This document shows positions 8,061-17,458 of a stretch of 64,000 bases of DNA, in pieces. Under the pieces are notes generated by a model, which worked only from the letters and a program-made list of their open reading frames with translations, searched no databases and was not told the DNA's origin. The stretch is from a virus. Position numbers and translations under genes: made by a program. The number at the start of each line of letters is the position of its first letter. The first letter of the stretch is position 1. The DNA lies in the IMG/VR virus record IMGVR_UViG_3300042731_009106, positions 75,274 to 139,273 of that record. One strand, given 5' to 3'.

Positions 8061-10624
8061 TGAAATCATCTTTCCTTGACAGTTTTACTAAGTATGATGA
8101 CTATGCTCCAGCTGGAGTTTTACTTCCAGAAATTGAAGTAGAAAACAAATATTACAGTCAACTTTCTATTGATTCCAATAGCTCTAATTACGATTTCCTC
8201 AGAGCTTTATGCATGCAAGGAGTCAAAGCTAAAGGTATAGATAAGCTACCAAACAAAAAAGAATATTATTCTCGCACCAAAATGGAGCTAGAAATATTTA
8301 AAGATTTAGGATTTGTTGATTATATTTTATTGAATTGGGATATATTAAAATATTGCCATGAAAATGATATACCTACAGGCCCCGGTCGTGGTTCGGCTGC
8401 AGGTTCTTTAGTTTTGTTTTTAATTGATGTCACAAAAGTAGACCCAATCAAATATGATTTATTCTTTGAGAGATTTGTTTCTAAGAGTCGAGCCAGAAAA
8501 ATTGAAAAAAATGGCACCACATATTTAGACGGAAGTTTATTGGCTGACGTAGATAATGATATAGCTTATGAGCACAGGCAAAAAGTTATCGACTATATCG
8601 AACAAAAACACCCCGGTCGTACCGCCAACATTCTCACTCTTAACACTTTAAGTGGTAAGCTATGCATTAAAGAATGCGGTAAAATCGTTGGGGAGTATTC
8701 TGAGCAAGACGTGAATTTAGTCAGCTCCTACATACCTAAAAAATTCGGCAAAGTAGCGCCGCTAGATACAGCTATCGAGGAAAGTCAAAAGTTTGCCGAT
8801 TGGGTAAATGATAATGAGCGAGTTTTTAAAATTGCTAGGCAATTAGAAAGCTTAAACAAAAACACAGGTGTTCACCCATCAGGTATAGCAATCTCTCACT
8901 CAAAAATTTCAGACATTTGCCCAATCCAAAAAACAAATGATGGATCTTTTGTTACAGGTTATGACATGAATTGGGTTTCAGAATTGATGGTTAAGTTTGA
9001 TATTTTAGGCTTAAGAACATTGAGTGTTATTTATGATGTATGCAATTCTATAAATATGGATGTGTATGATATTGATCTAGATGATCCATCTTTATATTCT
9101 GCTTTTGAAAATCTAGATAACCCTCATGGATTATTTCAAATTGAAGCGGATACTAATTTTAGAGTATGCAAGAAAATTAAGCCACGCAGCTTAGAGGAGT
9201 TAAGTGCTGTTGTCGCAATAGCTAGACCCGGAGCTCTTGAGTTTGCGGATCGCTATGCAGATTATGTATCTACAGGAGAATCTCAAAGTGTTCATGAATT
9301 CTTTGACGATGTTCTTTCTTATACAGGTGGTATACCATTATATCAAGAGCAACTTATGAAGATGGCTGTAAAAGTTGGATTCACTCTAGATGAATCAGAA
9401 CAACTTCGCAGAATTGTAGGCAAGAAGAAGGTTGATCAAATGCCAGCATGGCAAAAAAAGATAGAAGACACAATTGAAAAAAACGAATTACCAACTGAAG
9501 TTGGAGACATCTTATGGAGTGTTGCAGAAGATAGTGCCAACTATTCTTTCAACAAGTCTCACTCTATATCATATGCAACCTTAGCTGCATGGACTACTTA
9601 TTTAAAGTTCAAACATCCCAAACAATTCTTCTTAAGCTTGCTTAAGATGTCTCAATTTGAACCAAATCCACAAGATGAAATATCAAAAATAAGCAGAGAA
9701 CTACCCTTCTTTGATATAACTCTCTTGCCCCCTAACTTAATTAAATCTAAATTTGATTTTGTTATTGATAAAAATAACATTCGCTTTGGTTTAAATAGCA
9801 TCAAAGGAGTAAGCGAAAAAAGTTTAAAGTCTTTAGAGGAATTCAGAGATACAGAAAACTCAAACAAATACGATGTATTTCTATCAGCGAAGCAAGCAGG
9901 CTTAAACATAGGAGTCTTATCGGCCCTCATACAAGCTGGGGCATTGAGTGAAGACGAAGAACTTAGCAGGCCAAGACTAGTCCTAGAAGCTCAAGCCTTC
10001 AATCTTCTAACTGACAGAGAAAAACGAAACTTTATTGCCCTTGGTTCTAAATACAACTATGACATATTGAATTCTATTCATGCTGCTAAGACTGAGTCTC
10101 TAGTTGCTGATGACAACAAGCCAGTAATGAAAGAGTCTCGATTCACTACCTTTAAAAAGAAGTATGATAAGTACAAAGAAATATATGAGCAAAATGTTAA
10201 ATACGAAAACTTTGCTAATTGGTATTTTGAAAAAAAATTACTTGGGTATAGCTACTCTCACAAGCTAAAAGAAGTATTTAAGAACGAGAGAAATTCATTA
10301 AAAGATTCTTTATATTACCGCTCAATGGAGAACAATGATAAAGCTAAGTTCATTGGCGTGGTAGAGGACTCATTCAAAAGCACTAGCGCTAATGGCAACA
10401 AGTATATTAAAATTCTTTTAAGTGACGAATTAGGCAACATACCAGCAATCATGGTAGATTCACGCAGGCAAGCTACATGCACTCAATATTTAGAAAAAAG
10501 CAAAGCTCCAGACAAAGACAATATCGTTGTCCTTACAGGAAGAAAAGGTGATGATATTTTGTTTATTGATGATCTTTCTATTGTTGACGAAAAAATATGC
10601 ATGAAGTTAGCAGACTTAAAATAA
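8060..10624 (+). CDS. dnaE: DNA polymerase III alpha catalytic subunit lacking its PHP domain
   Basis: GPGRGSAAGS, FERF, ADVDND (catalytic DxD), HPSG, KFDILGL, YSFNKSH, IRFGLNSIKG, C-terminal OB fold. ATG 8060 overlaps the upstream TAA. Confidence 0.93.
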   Translation: MKSSFLDSFTKYDDYAPAGVLLPEIEVENKYYSQLSIDSNSSNYDFLRALCMQGVKAKGIDKLPNKKEYYSRTKMELEIFKDLGFVDYILLNWDILKYCHENDIPTGPGRGSAAGSLVLFLIDVTKVDPIKYDLFFERFVSKSRARKIEKNGTTYLDGSLLADVDNDIAYEHRQKVIDYIEQKHPGRTANILTLNTLSGKLCIKECGKIVGEYSEQDVNLVSSYIPKKFGKVAPLDTAIEESQKFADWVNDNERVFKIARQLESLNKNTGVHPSGIAISHSKISDICPIQKTNDGSFVTGYDMNWVSELMVKFDILGLRTLSVIYDVCNSINMDVYDIDLDDPSLYSAFENLDNPHGLFQIEADTNFRVCKKIKPRSLEELSAVVAIARPGALEFADRYADYVSTGESQSVHEFFDDVLSYTGGIPLYQEQLMKMAVKVGFTLDESEQLRRIVGKKKVDQMPAWQKKIEDTIEKNELPTEVGDILWSVAEDSANYSFNKSHSISYATLAAWTTYLKFKHPKQFFLSLLKMSQFEPNPQDEISKISRELPFFDITLLPPNLIKSKFDFVIDKNNIRFGLNSIKGVSEKSLKSLEEFRDTENSNKYDVFLSAKQAGLNIGVLSALIQAGALSEDEELSRPRLVLEAQAFNLLTDREKRNFIALGSKYNYDILNSIHAAKTESLVADDNKPVMKESRFTTFKKKYDKYKEIYEQNVKYENFANWYFEKKLLGYSYSHKLKEVFKNERNSLKDSLYYRSMENNDKAKFIGVVEDSFKSTSANGNKYIKILLSDELGNIPAIMVDSRRQATCTQYLEKSKAPDKDNIVVLTGRKGDDILFIDDLSIVDEKICMKLADLK

Positions 10625-10642
10625 GTGTATATATTTTTGTAG

Positions 10643-13036
10643 ATGCAAGCCAACTTCACTCCTAGATGTCAAGAAATTTTAGCTTTAGCTAAAAAGCTAG
10701 CCGAAAAGTTCAACAACCCAGAAGTTACCGTTGAGCATGTCTTTCTTTCTTTTTTAAAGATTGACTCTTTTTTATTTCCACGTATAGAGCAAGAGATACA
10801 AATTGATCTTGAAGCTTTAGTTCAGTCCGTCGTCGAATCTCTCGCCAACAAATCCCAAGAAAATATAGAAAAAGTTAGCTTCGGTGAAGATGTAAAGCAA
10901 TGCCTAGACTTAGCCTACCAAACATCTAACTCCAAAAGCCATACTTACATTAGTGTCGAGCACTTGTTTTTTGCATTACTAAATGAGCCAAACTCTAATA
11001 TTATAGATTATTTCATTGCGCATGACATAGATATTTTAAAGGTAGATGATTTCTTACAAGATTACTTAGAGAACAGTCAGTCAAGAGACAATATAACATT
11101 TACTTATAGTAATGAAAATCCTATGTCAGCTTTTGGATCGCAGTCTCAAGGTATAGAGGCTTATAGTGTTGACTTAAATAAGTTAGCTAAAGAAGGTGAA
11201 TTCAACTTTATATCCGCAAACATGGATTATGTCCATGCTTTAGAAGAAACCTTATGCCGTAAAACAAAATCATGCGCCTTACTTATTGGTGATCCGGGTA
11301 TTGGTAAAACTGCCATTGTGGAATACTTGGCAAAAAGAATTACAAGTATGACCACCAATGACTATTTATCTAATAAAAAAATTCTAGCGGTAGACCTTCC
11401 CTCTATGGTTGCTGGAACAAAATATAGAGGTCAATTTGAAGAAAGATTAAAAACTTTTATAGATGCAGTAAAACAAGAAAAAAACATTATTCTTTTTATA
11501 GATGAAATACATACTATAGTTGGTGCTGGTAATTCTGAGGGAGCTTTAGATGCGGCTAACATCCTAAAACCTTATATTGCACGTGGAGAATTAACTTGCA
11601 TCGGGGCAACAACTTATGAAGAATACAAAAAGTCTTTTGCCAAAGACCCTGCTCTTAGACGTAGGTTTAATAATATAAAAATTTCAGAACCTTCAGAAGG
11701 AGAAGCTTTAGTTATCTTAAAAAACTTAGCGCCAAGTTATGAAGCTTTTCATGGTGTCACCTATTCTGAAGATAGCTTAAATCAAGCCATTGTTTTATCT
11801 AAAAAATTTATTATAGATAGAAAGTTGCCTGATAAAGCTATTGATTTATTAGATCAAGCTGGCTCAAAATTAAAGATCAGTCATTTTCAAAAGCCTAAAA
11901 TGGCAAAGCAAATGGAAAAAGTTTTAATTGCTGAAGATGTAGAAACTTCAATAAAAGAGAACGTATTCAAAACATACAAAGAAACTTTAGATAAATGGCA
12001 AAAAAGAAAACTATCTAAAATGCCGACAGTTCAATCAAATCATATTAATGAAATTATATCTGATATGTTTGACATCCCTATTGAATCCCTAAAAGAGACT
12101 AAGTCTCAAAAATTAATACAGCTTGAACCCAGAATTCAAAAAGATGTTATTGGTCAAGATAGAGCCATCTCTAGATTAGTTAACAGTTTATTTAAAACTC
12201 ATGCAGGCCTACAAGATCCTAATAGACCTATTGGTAGTTTTTTGTTTTTAGGTAAAACTGGCACAGGTAAAACTCTTACTTCTAAATCTTTAGCTAAACA
12301 TTATTTCGGTTCAGATAAAAAATTAATTTATTTTGACATGAGTGAGTTTAGTGAATCTACATCTGTTAGTAAATTTTCTGGTTCTTCACCCGGTTACGTT
12401 GGCTACGAAAAAGGCGGCATACTAACCGAGAAAGTTAAAAGAGATCCACATTGTGTTCTACTTTTTGATGAGATTGAAAAAGCTCACCCAATAGTACTAC
12501 AGTCCTTACTTCAAATATTAGAAGAAGGCAGAATGACAGACAATTCTGGAGAAGAAACATCTTTTAAAAATACTATTATTATTTTAACAAGTAATCTTGG
12601 AGCAGAACTAGTAGACAAAAATCCATCTGTAGGATTCATGAGGCAACAAGAGTCTAATTATGACAAGATTTTTGACGAGGCTAAACGTAGATTAAGTCCT
12701 GAACTAGTTAATAGATTTGATGGTATTATATTATTCAATAACTTTAGTGATGAAAGTCTATCTCAAATCATTAATATTGAATTAAATAAAGTTAAAAATA
12801 AATTAAAATCAAAAGGAATTAAAATAACTTTCAAACCGAAAGTTAAGAAACGTATTCTAGATCAAACTATAGCTGAAAAACTTGGTGGCAGACCTATTCG
12901 CAGAATTATTCAAAATGATATTGAAGTTGAGCTTGCTAAATTTATTATAATGAATAACCCAGAAAGTGTAAATATTGATTACATAGACGATCAATTTACC
13001 TGCCATGTACCACGCAAGACATCCAAGAAGACCTAG
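10643..13036 (+). CDS. clpC: ClpA/ClpC-type AAA+ unfoldase
   Basis: Two Clp_N repeats; D1 GDPGIGKT/FIDEIH; D2 GKTGTGKT/FDEIEKAH; pore loops KYRG and GYVG; short middle domain; ClpP-docking-type SVGF tripeptide (about 12629-12637). Confidence 0.88.
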   Translation: MQANFTPRCQEILALAKKLAEKFNNPEVTVEHVFLSFLKIDSFLFPRIEQEIQIDLEALVQSVVESLANKSQENIEKVSFGEDVKQCLDLAYQTSNSKSHTYISVEHLFFALLNEPNSNIIDYFIAHDIDILKVDDFLQDYLENSQSRDNITFTYSNENPMSAFGSQSQGIEAYSVDLNKLAKEGEFNFISANMDYVHALEETLCRKTKSCALLIGDPGIGKTAIVEYLAKRITSMTTNDYLSNKKILAVDLPSMVAGTKYRGQFEERLKTFIDAVKQEKNIILFIDEIHTIVGAGNSEGALDAANILKPYIARGELTCIGATTYEEYKKSFAKDPALRRRFNNIKISEPSEGEALVILKNLAPSYEAFHGVTYSEDSLNQAIVLSKKFIIDRKLPDKAIDLLDQAGSKLKISHFQKPKMAKQMEKVLIAEDVETSIKENVFKTYKETLDKWQKRKLSKMPTVQSNHINEIISDMFDIPIESLKETKSQKLIQLEPRIQKDVIGQDRAISRLVNSLFKTHAGLQDPNRPIGSFLFLGKTGTGKTLTSKSLAKHYFGSDKKLIYFDMSEFSESTSVSKFSGSSPGYVGYEKGGILTEKVKRDPHCVLLFDEIEKAHPIVLQSLLQILEEGRMTDNSGEETSFKNTIIILTSNLGAELVDKNPSVGFMRQQESNYDKIFDEAKRRLSPELVNRFDGIILFNNFSDESLSQIINIELNKVKNKLKSKGIKITFKPKVKKRILDQTIAEKLGGRPIRRIIQNDIEVELAKFIIMNNPESVNIDYIDDQFTCHVPRKTSKKT

Positions 13037-14339
13037 TGTAAAATACGGAAACGAATTTCTGTATTCTAGTTTTGATGCAACAGGTTACCACTTTAATAAT
13101 GAAGTGGCAATAGATAGTGGTTGCGCTCTAAGGAACATCCCTTGGACAGATTGTTCTGGCAACTTAGTTCGGCAAATACATAGAATTCAATCTGCTACAT
13201 ACGGTTTTACTGTCAGCAAAAAAGATGTAAACCAATTTGGTAAAATGGCTAGAGTAGATTCTGTAGCTATTGATACACCTACTGTAACAATGGATTTTGA
13301 ATATTTTCTAGCTGATGGATTCAATGAGCAAGTAATGGGTTTCATTGTTGATGGAGAACATCAAGCTTTATACAACCATATAGCTATGAACAATAGAGTT
13401 GGTTGTAATATTTTTGTTGCAACTATGCCAGAAGGCCATGAAGTTGTCGGCGCGAACCTTAAGAACACATCTCAAGTCAAACAGATTAGATCTTCATATG
13501 AAGGAGCCAAGGATACTGCTAGAGTAGTAGGCATAGGTAATGCCTTCTTAAATCAATATGCAGTAACTGTAGAAGTGGGTAATATCCCAAAGGCTAGAAT
13601 GAGCTTTGACGCATATAATATGCGATCTTATGAAGGTTTTTGCGATCTCCCTATACCAGCAATCAACCCTAAAGCTGCTTGCATTAAAGACAACGTTCAC
13701 TTTAGTTTGCCAGACACTTATGAATCATTTGTATATGAACAATTGGCGGGTCAAGACGAAATTGTATATCAAGATGGAGCTGGAGCATTGAAGCCGGGAA
13801 ATATACGTTTAACTCTAGGTGATGCAGCTATTATGAGCCAATTAGGTAGTGACCTAGCCTCCTTCCACAGAGGGGCGGCACATATACAAGGTTTTACAAT
13901 AAATGTTCCTTTAGGTAATACCCGCTTAAATAGAATAGGTAGTTATTATGAATTTGCTAGATCTATAGATTTTCCAAGTCTCATTGAAGTTGAAGTTCAA
14001 GCCATCATTAGCGAACTCAAAGATGATAGTTCAGTAAAGGAGTTGTTTTATTGTCCAACAGAAAGACATGACCTCGTTCTATTACTTGAAGACTGTCAAG
14101 GTATACAAGAATGCGACTATAGATTGCTTCCAGTTAGTACCAACATGGCTTTTTATATTAAAGGAGCGATGATTCAAGAAGAGTCAATAACTTCTAATAT
14201 TACCGATAATAAAGTAGTGAGCCTTAAATTTACAGCTCCTTTAGGAGGTTTGGACGACAAAGGTAATGGCTTATTTATTTTTGGCAAAAGTTATTTCCCT
14301 GATAAACCTAAAATTCTAGCTTGGGGTCAACCTTTGTAA
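13005..14339 (+). CDS. probable virion structural protein (tail-tube-like?)
   Basis: 444 aa, beta-rich, no enzyme motif; RIQSATYGFTVSKKDVNQFG...PTVTMDFEY resembles large-phage structural proteins as I recall them. Function unverified. Confidence 0.35.
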   Translation: MYHARHPRRPSVKYGNEFLYSSFDATGYHFNNEVAIDSGCALRNIPWTDCSGNLVRQIHRIQSATYGFTVSKKDVNQFGKMARVDSVAIDTPTVTMDFEYFLADGFNEQVMGFIVDGEHQALYNHIAMNNRVGCNIFVATMPEGHEVVGANLKNTSQVKQIRSSYEGAKDTARVVGIGNAFLNQYAVTVEVGNIPKARMSFDAYNMRSYEGFCDLPIPAINPKAACIKDNVHFSLPDTYESFVYEQLAGQDEIVYQDGAGALKPGNIRLTLGDAAIMSQLGSDLASFHRGAAHIQGFTINVPLGNTRLNRIGSYYEFARSIDFPSLIEVEVQAIISELKDDSSVKELFYCPTERHDLVLLLEDCQGIQECDYRLLPVSTNMAFYIKGAMIQEESITSNITDNKVVSLKFTAPLGGLDDKGNGLFIFGKSYFPDKPKILAWGQPL

Positions 14340-14347
14340 TTTTTTTC

Positions 14348-14376
14348 TTTACATCCATTCACTTTTGTTGTAATAT
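14348..14376 (+). promoter_or_regulatory. promoter for the tmRNA precursor
   Basis: TTTACA (14348-53), N17, TAATAT (14371-76); 25 nt upstream of the mature 5' end. Confidence 0.55.
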
Positions 14377-14401
14377 ATATAAGTTCTTTGATAAATTTTA
14401 T

Positions 14402-14765
14402 GGGCGTGTACTGGATTCGATTTAAATTGAATGGGTATACTGCAAGTAGGAGTTGCATCTGGCTCCTAAAAAAGGTGCAAAAATCTACATGGCAATAAGT
14501 CACGTGTTAAAGCTTTCGCCTTCAAAAAGCGCGAGCTTGCTTTAGCAGCATAAGTCTGCTACCTCATAACCTTTGACGCAGATAAAGGGATTATGGGGTC
14601 ATTAATCTGCAAAACAGATAAAAGTTTATCCATATCATAAACTGTAAATAATTGAAATGGTTAGTTGGATGTTTATATCATAACTATAAAAAAAATAAAC
14701 TAAACTTGTAGATGTATATTACGGAAGATTTAAAGACGCGGGTTCAACTCCCGCCACGTCCACCA
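14402..14765 (+). ncRNA. ssrA: tmRNA, one-piece, 364 nt
   Basis: 5' GGGCGTG pairs with 3' CACGTCC-ACCA including the G3:U alanine determinant; GGATTCGA D-loop; T-arm GCGGG-TTCAACT-CCCGC; pk1 (GGAG..CTCC with TGCATCT/AGGTGCA); pk2 (GCAGAT/ATCTGC). Tag ORF 14491-14553 reads GNKSRVKAFAFKKRELALAA*. Confidence 0.97.
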
Positions 14766-14780
14766 TTTTTAAAATAAAAC

Positions 14781-14809
14781 TTGACTATATGCAAAATATA
14801 TGTCATACT
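14781..14809 (+). promoter_or_regulatory. sigma70-type promoter (extended -10), near-leaderless
   Basis: TTGACT, N17, CATACT preceded by TGn; ATG at 14818. Confidence 0.7.
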
Positions 14810-14817
14810 TAACAATT

Positions 14818-15354
14818 ATGAATCTTTTATACAAAACAAAAACCTATCTAGTTGGCCACATGCAATATGTTAGTGGTAGAAATTGGCGTGAAGATGTCAC
14901 TCAAAAGCTAGAACCTTTAAACATTACATGTTTTGATCCATATAAAAAACCATTTATGAAAGACGTAGAGGAAGATGAAGCGTCTCGACAAGAAATGGAA
15001 ACTTGGATGAAAACAAAACAATATGATCGAGTAACTGAGCGCATGAAAACTGTTCGCGCATATGATTTAAATTTAGTTGATCGCTCTGACTTCATCATAG
15101 CTCATCTTGTTCCTGATGTAGCATCTTGGGGTAGTGCAGAAGAAATTGTTACAGCCGTACGTGAAAAGAAACCTGTGTTTGTTAGCATGGAAGGCGGAAA
15201 AGCTAAAACTCCTCTATGGATGCTTGGCATGTTTCCTCATAAATATATTTATAATTCTCTTGACGAAATTATTGAGATGTTGTATGCTATAGATAGTGGC
15301 GACAAACCAATAGATTCTGATCGCTGGAGATTGTTACAAAAAAAATTCAGATAA
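14818..15354 (+). CDS. nucleoside 2-deoxyribosyltransferase / nucleotide N-glycosidase-like protein
   Basis: TYLVG...WR...FDPY...DLNLVDRSDFIIAH...WGSAEE pattern. Start moved from 14800 to 14818 because 14800 lies inside the promoter. Confidence 0.7.
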   Translation: MNLLYKTKTYLVGHMQYVSGRNWREDVTQKLEPLNITCFDPYKKPFMKDVEEDEASRQEMETWMKTKQYDRVTERMKTVRAYDLNLVDRSDFIIAHLVPDVASWGSAEEIVTAVREKKPVFVSMEGGKAKTPLWMLGMFPHKYIYNSLDEIIEMLYAIDSGDKPIDSDRWRLLQKKFR

Positions 15355-15455
15355 ACTAGAAAAACTAAAATTAAAAATTATTATGATTACATTTACATTA
15401 TATTCAATCGGAGCATTCTGCGTATACTTATATTTAGGAACTAAACAAAAATAAA

Positions 15456-15749
15456 ATGACAACTCAATCTAATATTCCACCTCACATATCTGGTTTATTT
15501 TACCAACTTCTTGGAGAACGTAATACCAAAGTCGCAGACTTTAAGCTTTTAACCTTAAAAGGTTGTGATGATGTCATGTCAACTTCAATTCGACTAAAGG
15601 AAACCTTGCAAGACATTGCAAACATAGAAATTCAATTAGAAGCTTTGGTGGAATTCTATCCAGATCTTAATGAAAAAGGGGATCAATCAACTCCAAGCTC
15701 AGTAAATCCGGATGACAATCCAATTGGAGCTGACTCACAAATGCTTTAA
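15456..15749 (+). CDS. hypothetical protein
   Basis: 97-aa ORF in the operon direction. Confidence 0.55.
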   Translation: MTTQSNIPPHISGLFYQLLGERNTKVADFKLLTLKGCDDVMSTSIRLKETLQDIANIEIQLEALVEFYPDLNEKGDQSTPSSVNPDDNPIGADSQML

Positions 15750-16037
15750 TTTATTAATTAAATCTCCGTAATTATATTCGTTTATATATTGAAAACCAAT
15801 TCTCTTTTTTGGTCCAACACTGACTCCTTCTTGCCTTTCTCCCTCTAGGATTAATTCTTGAACAAAGTCGTGAGCGCCATAATTTTTAATCCACTGCCAA
15901 TATAAACTACGAGTTCCCTGTTTACATCTTATTATATTTTCTGCTTCAAGAAAAACTTGAGCATACAAAGTTACATCTCTAAAACAATGTACTGAGCTAG
16001 GTGGTTCAGTCAACACCGAATCATAAATTATAACCAT
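15735..16037 (-). CDS. hypothetical protein
   Basis: 100-aa ORF with a minus-strand GTGTA motif (16047-51) 9 nt upstream of its ATG. Confidence 0.65.
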   Translation of the reverse strand: MVIIYDSVLTEPPSSVHCFRDVTLYAQVFLEAENIIRCKQGTRSLYWQWIKNYGAHDFVQELILEGERQEGVSVGPKKRIGFQYINEYNYGDLINKLKHL

Positions 16038-16054
16038 AAATTATTATACACATT

Positions 16055-16333
16055 ATGTTAGAAGACAATCAAAAAGAAAAAGTTAACTCTTGGAAAGAAC
16101 GTGAATTAGGAGCCTTCTGGACTCAGGATAGCAAAAAAGGTAAGTATTTATCTGGCTCGGTTGACTTGGCCAAGCTTACAGGTGATGGCAAAATGCGCGT
16201 GGTCATGTTTCCAAATAGCAACAAAGAAAATGACAATCAGCCTGACTATATTTTATATGTTTCAAAGGATGCTCAGCCTCAAGCTAGCAATGGTGAAACA
16301 AAAAAAGCAGAAATTCCAGAAACTTTAGTGTAA
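16055..16333 (+). CDS. DUF736-like small protein
   Basis: ELGAFW...GKYLSG...NKENDNQPDY pattern. Confidence 0.55.
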   Translation: MLEDNQKEKVNSWKERELGAFWTQDSKKGKYLSGSVDLAKLTGDGKMRVVMFPNSNKENDNQPDYILYVSKDAQPQASNGETKKAEIPETLV

Positions 16334-16345
16334 TTTAATGCACAA

Positions 16346-17458
16346 ATGAATGTTCAATACGGATTAATTAGTACCTCAGAACTCCTTAAAGAGAGGGATC
16401 CAGATAGTTCTTATACCTTTTCAGGTATAACTGTCAGAAATTTTAACGCCGCCAAAGAAAGCTCAGGAATCGAAGGAGCTTTATCTGAACTCTCTAATCG
16501 TATTCATCATAATTTGCGATTAACCGAAAATATCATTGAGTTCTTACCGAAAGTTAAAATCACTCATTACCGTATTAGTAATTCTTTGTTCAGTATACTT
16601 TCAGATTTCTCGGATGGTGTTGCTGTTACAATTCAGGATCTCCCTGACTCTCAAGAAATTATTGCTAAAATACGAGAAATAGGATTTCTTGCTAGACAAA
16701 ACAATATCACATTATCTGTCTATCCAGATTCAACTACTAGTTTGACAAGCACTGACGAGCAAGCTATCGACAGAGCTGTTAAAGAACTTAATTTTCATAG
16801 CTGGTTTCTTGATACTGCTGGATTTCCCTCAAATCCATCTAGCCCAATTATCATAAAGCCTTTTGCGCAACCTAGCTCTAGTAGTCATGAAGCAGCAGTT
16901 GAGTTTGTAAAAAGTTTTTACGAAAGCTATAAAAAACTTGATAGAGAAACTCAAAGTAGAATAGTAATACAGAATGAAGATGAAGGTTTTTGGAATGCGA
17001 TTAATTTATTTAAATATTTTCATGTTTATTTAAACGAAAAATTCAAAGAAGGCATGGTATTAAGTTACCACAACTATGCCGATCAAATGAATCCGGGCAT
17101 GTTGGGTTCTGATGCCGTTTCGATTGATGTTAATGTTGGAGCTTTTCATGAAACTTGGAAAGGTGTTGTGCCGATTTTCTTATGGTCAGAAAAAGATCGT
17201 GGGAATCCACAAGTTTCATCAGAATATCTATCTGAACCAATTCCAGATTTTAATTATCAAATTAAATGGGAATGCGATGTGAGAAAAAGGGATAAGGCTA
17301 TTGTTAAATTTACAATGCCTGAGGACGAAGATAAAGTTACTGAAGAAGTCATAATGACTATAACTAAAAATAAATACAAAAGGTCTAGCGACGCATCAAA
17401 AGCCTTTAATGCACTATATGACAAATCCTCCAATGCCCAATCGCCAAACCAAATATAA
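16346..17458 (+). CDS. UvsE/UVDE-fold paralogue with substituted metal ligands (predicted pseudonuclease)
   Basis: Colinear with the ORF at 53111 (HYRIS, YPD, QNEDEGF, LWSE, WECDV..DKAI) but the catalytic His/Glu/Asp positions are replaced. Confidence 0.8.
   Translation: MNVQYGLISTSELLKERDPDSSYTFSGITVRNFNAAKESSGIEGALSELSNRIHHNLRLTENIIEFLPKVKITHYRISNSLFSILSDFSDGVAVTIQDLPDSQEIIAKIREIGFLARQNNITLSVYPDSTTSLTSTDEQAIDRAVKELNFHSWFLDTAGFPSNPSSPIIIKPFAQPSSSSHEAAVEFVKSFYESYKKLDRETQSRIVIQNEDEGFWNAINLFKYFHVYLNEKFKEGMVLSYHNYADQMNPGMLGSDAVSIDVNVGAFHETWKGVVPIFLWSEKDRGNPQVSSEYLSEPIPDFNYQIKWECDVRKRDKAIVKFTMPEDEDKVTEEVIMTITKNKYKRSSDASKAFNALYDKSSNAQSPNQI

Noticed and set aside
6510-10624. Intein or group I intron explaining the split polymerase
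   Set aside because: No Cys/Ser...His-Asn intein ends or homing-endonuclease insert; each piece has its own start and stop; dnaB is also uninterrupted.
13036-13040. GTGTA motif at the clpC stop as a promoter for the 444-aa gene
   Set aside because: There is no in-frame start codon 9-13 nt downstream; the ORF's ATG is upstream at 13005.
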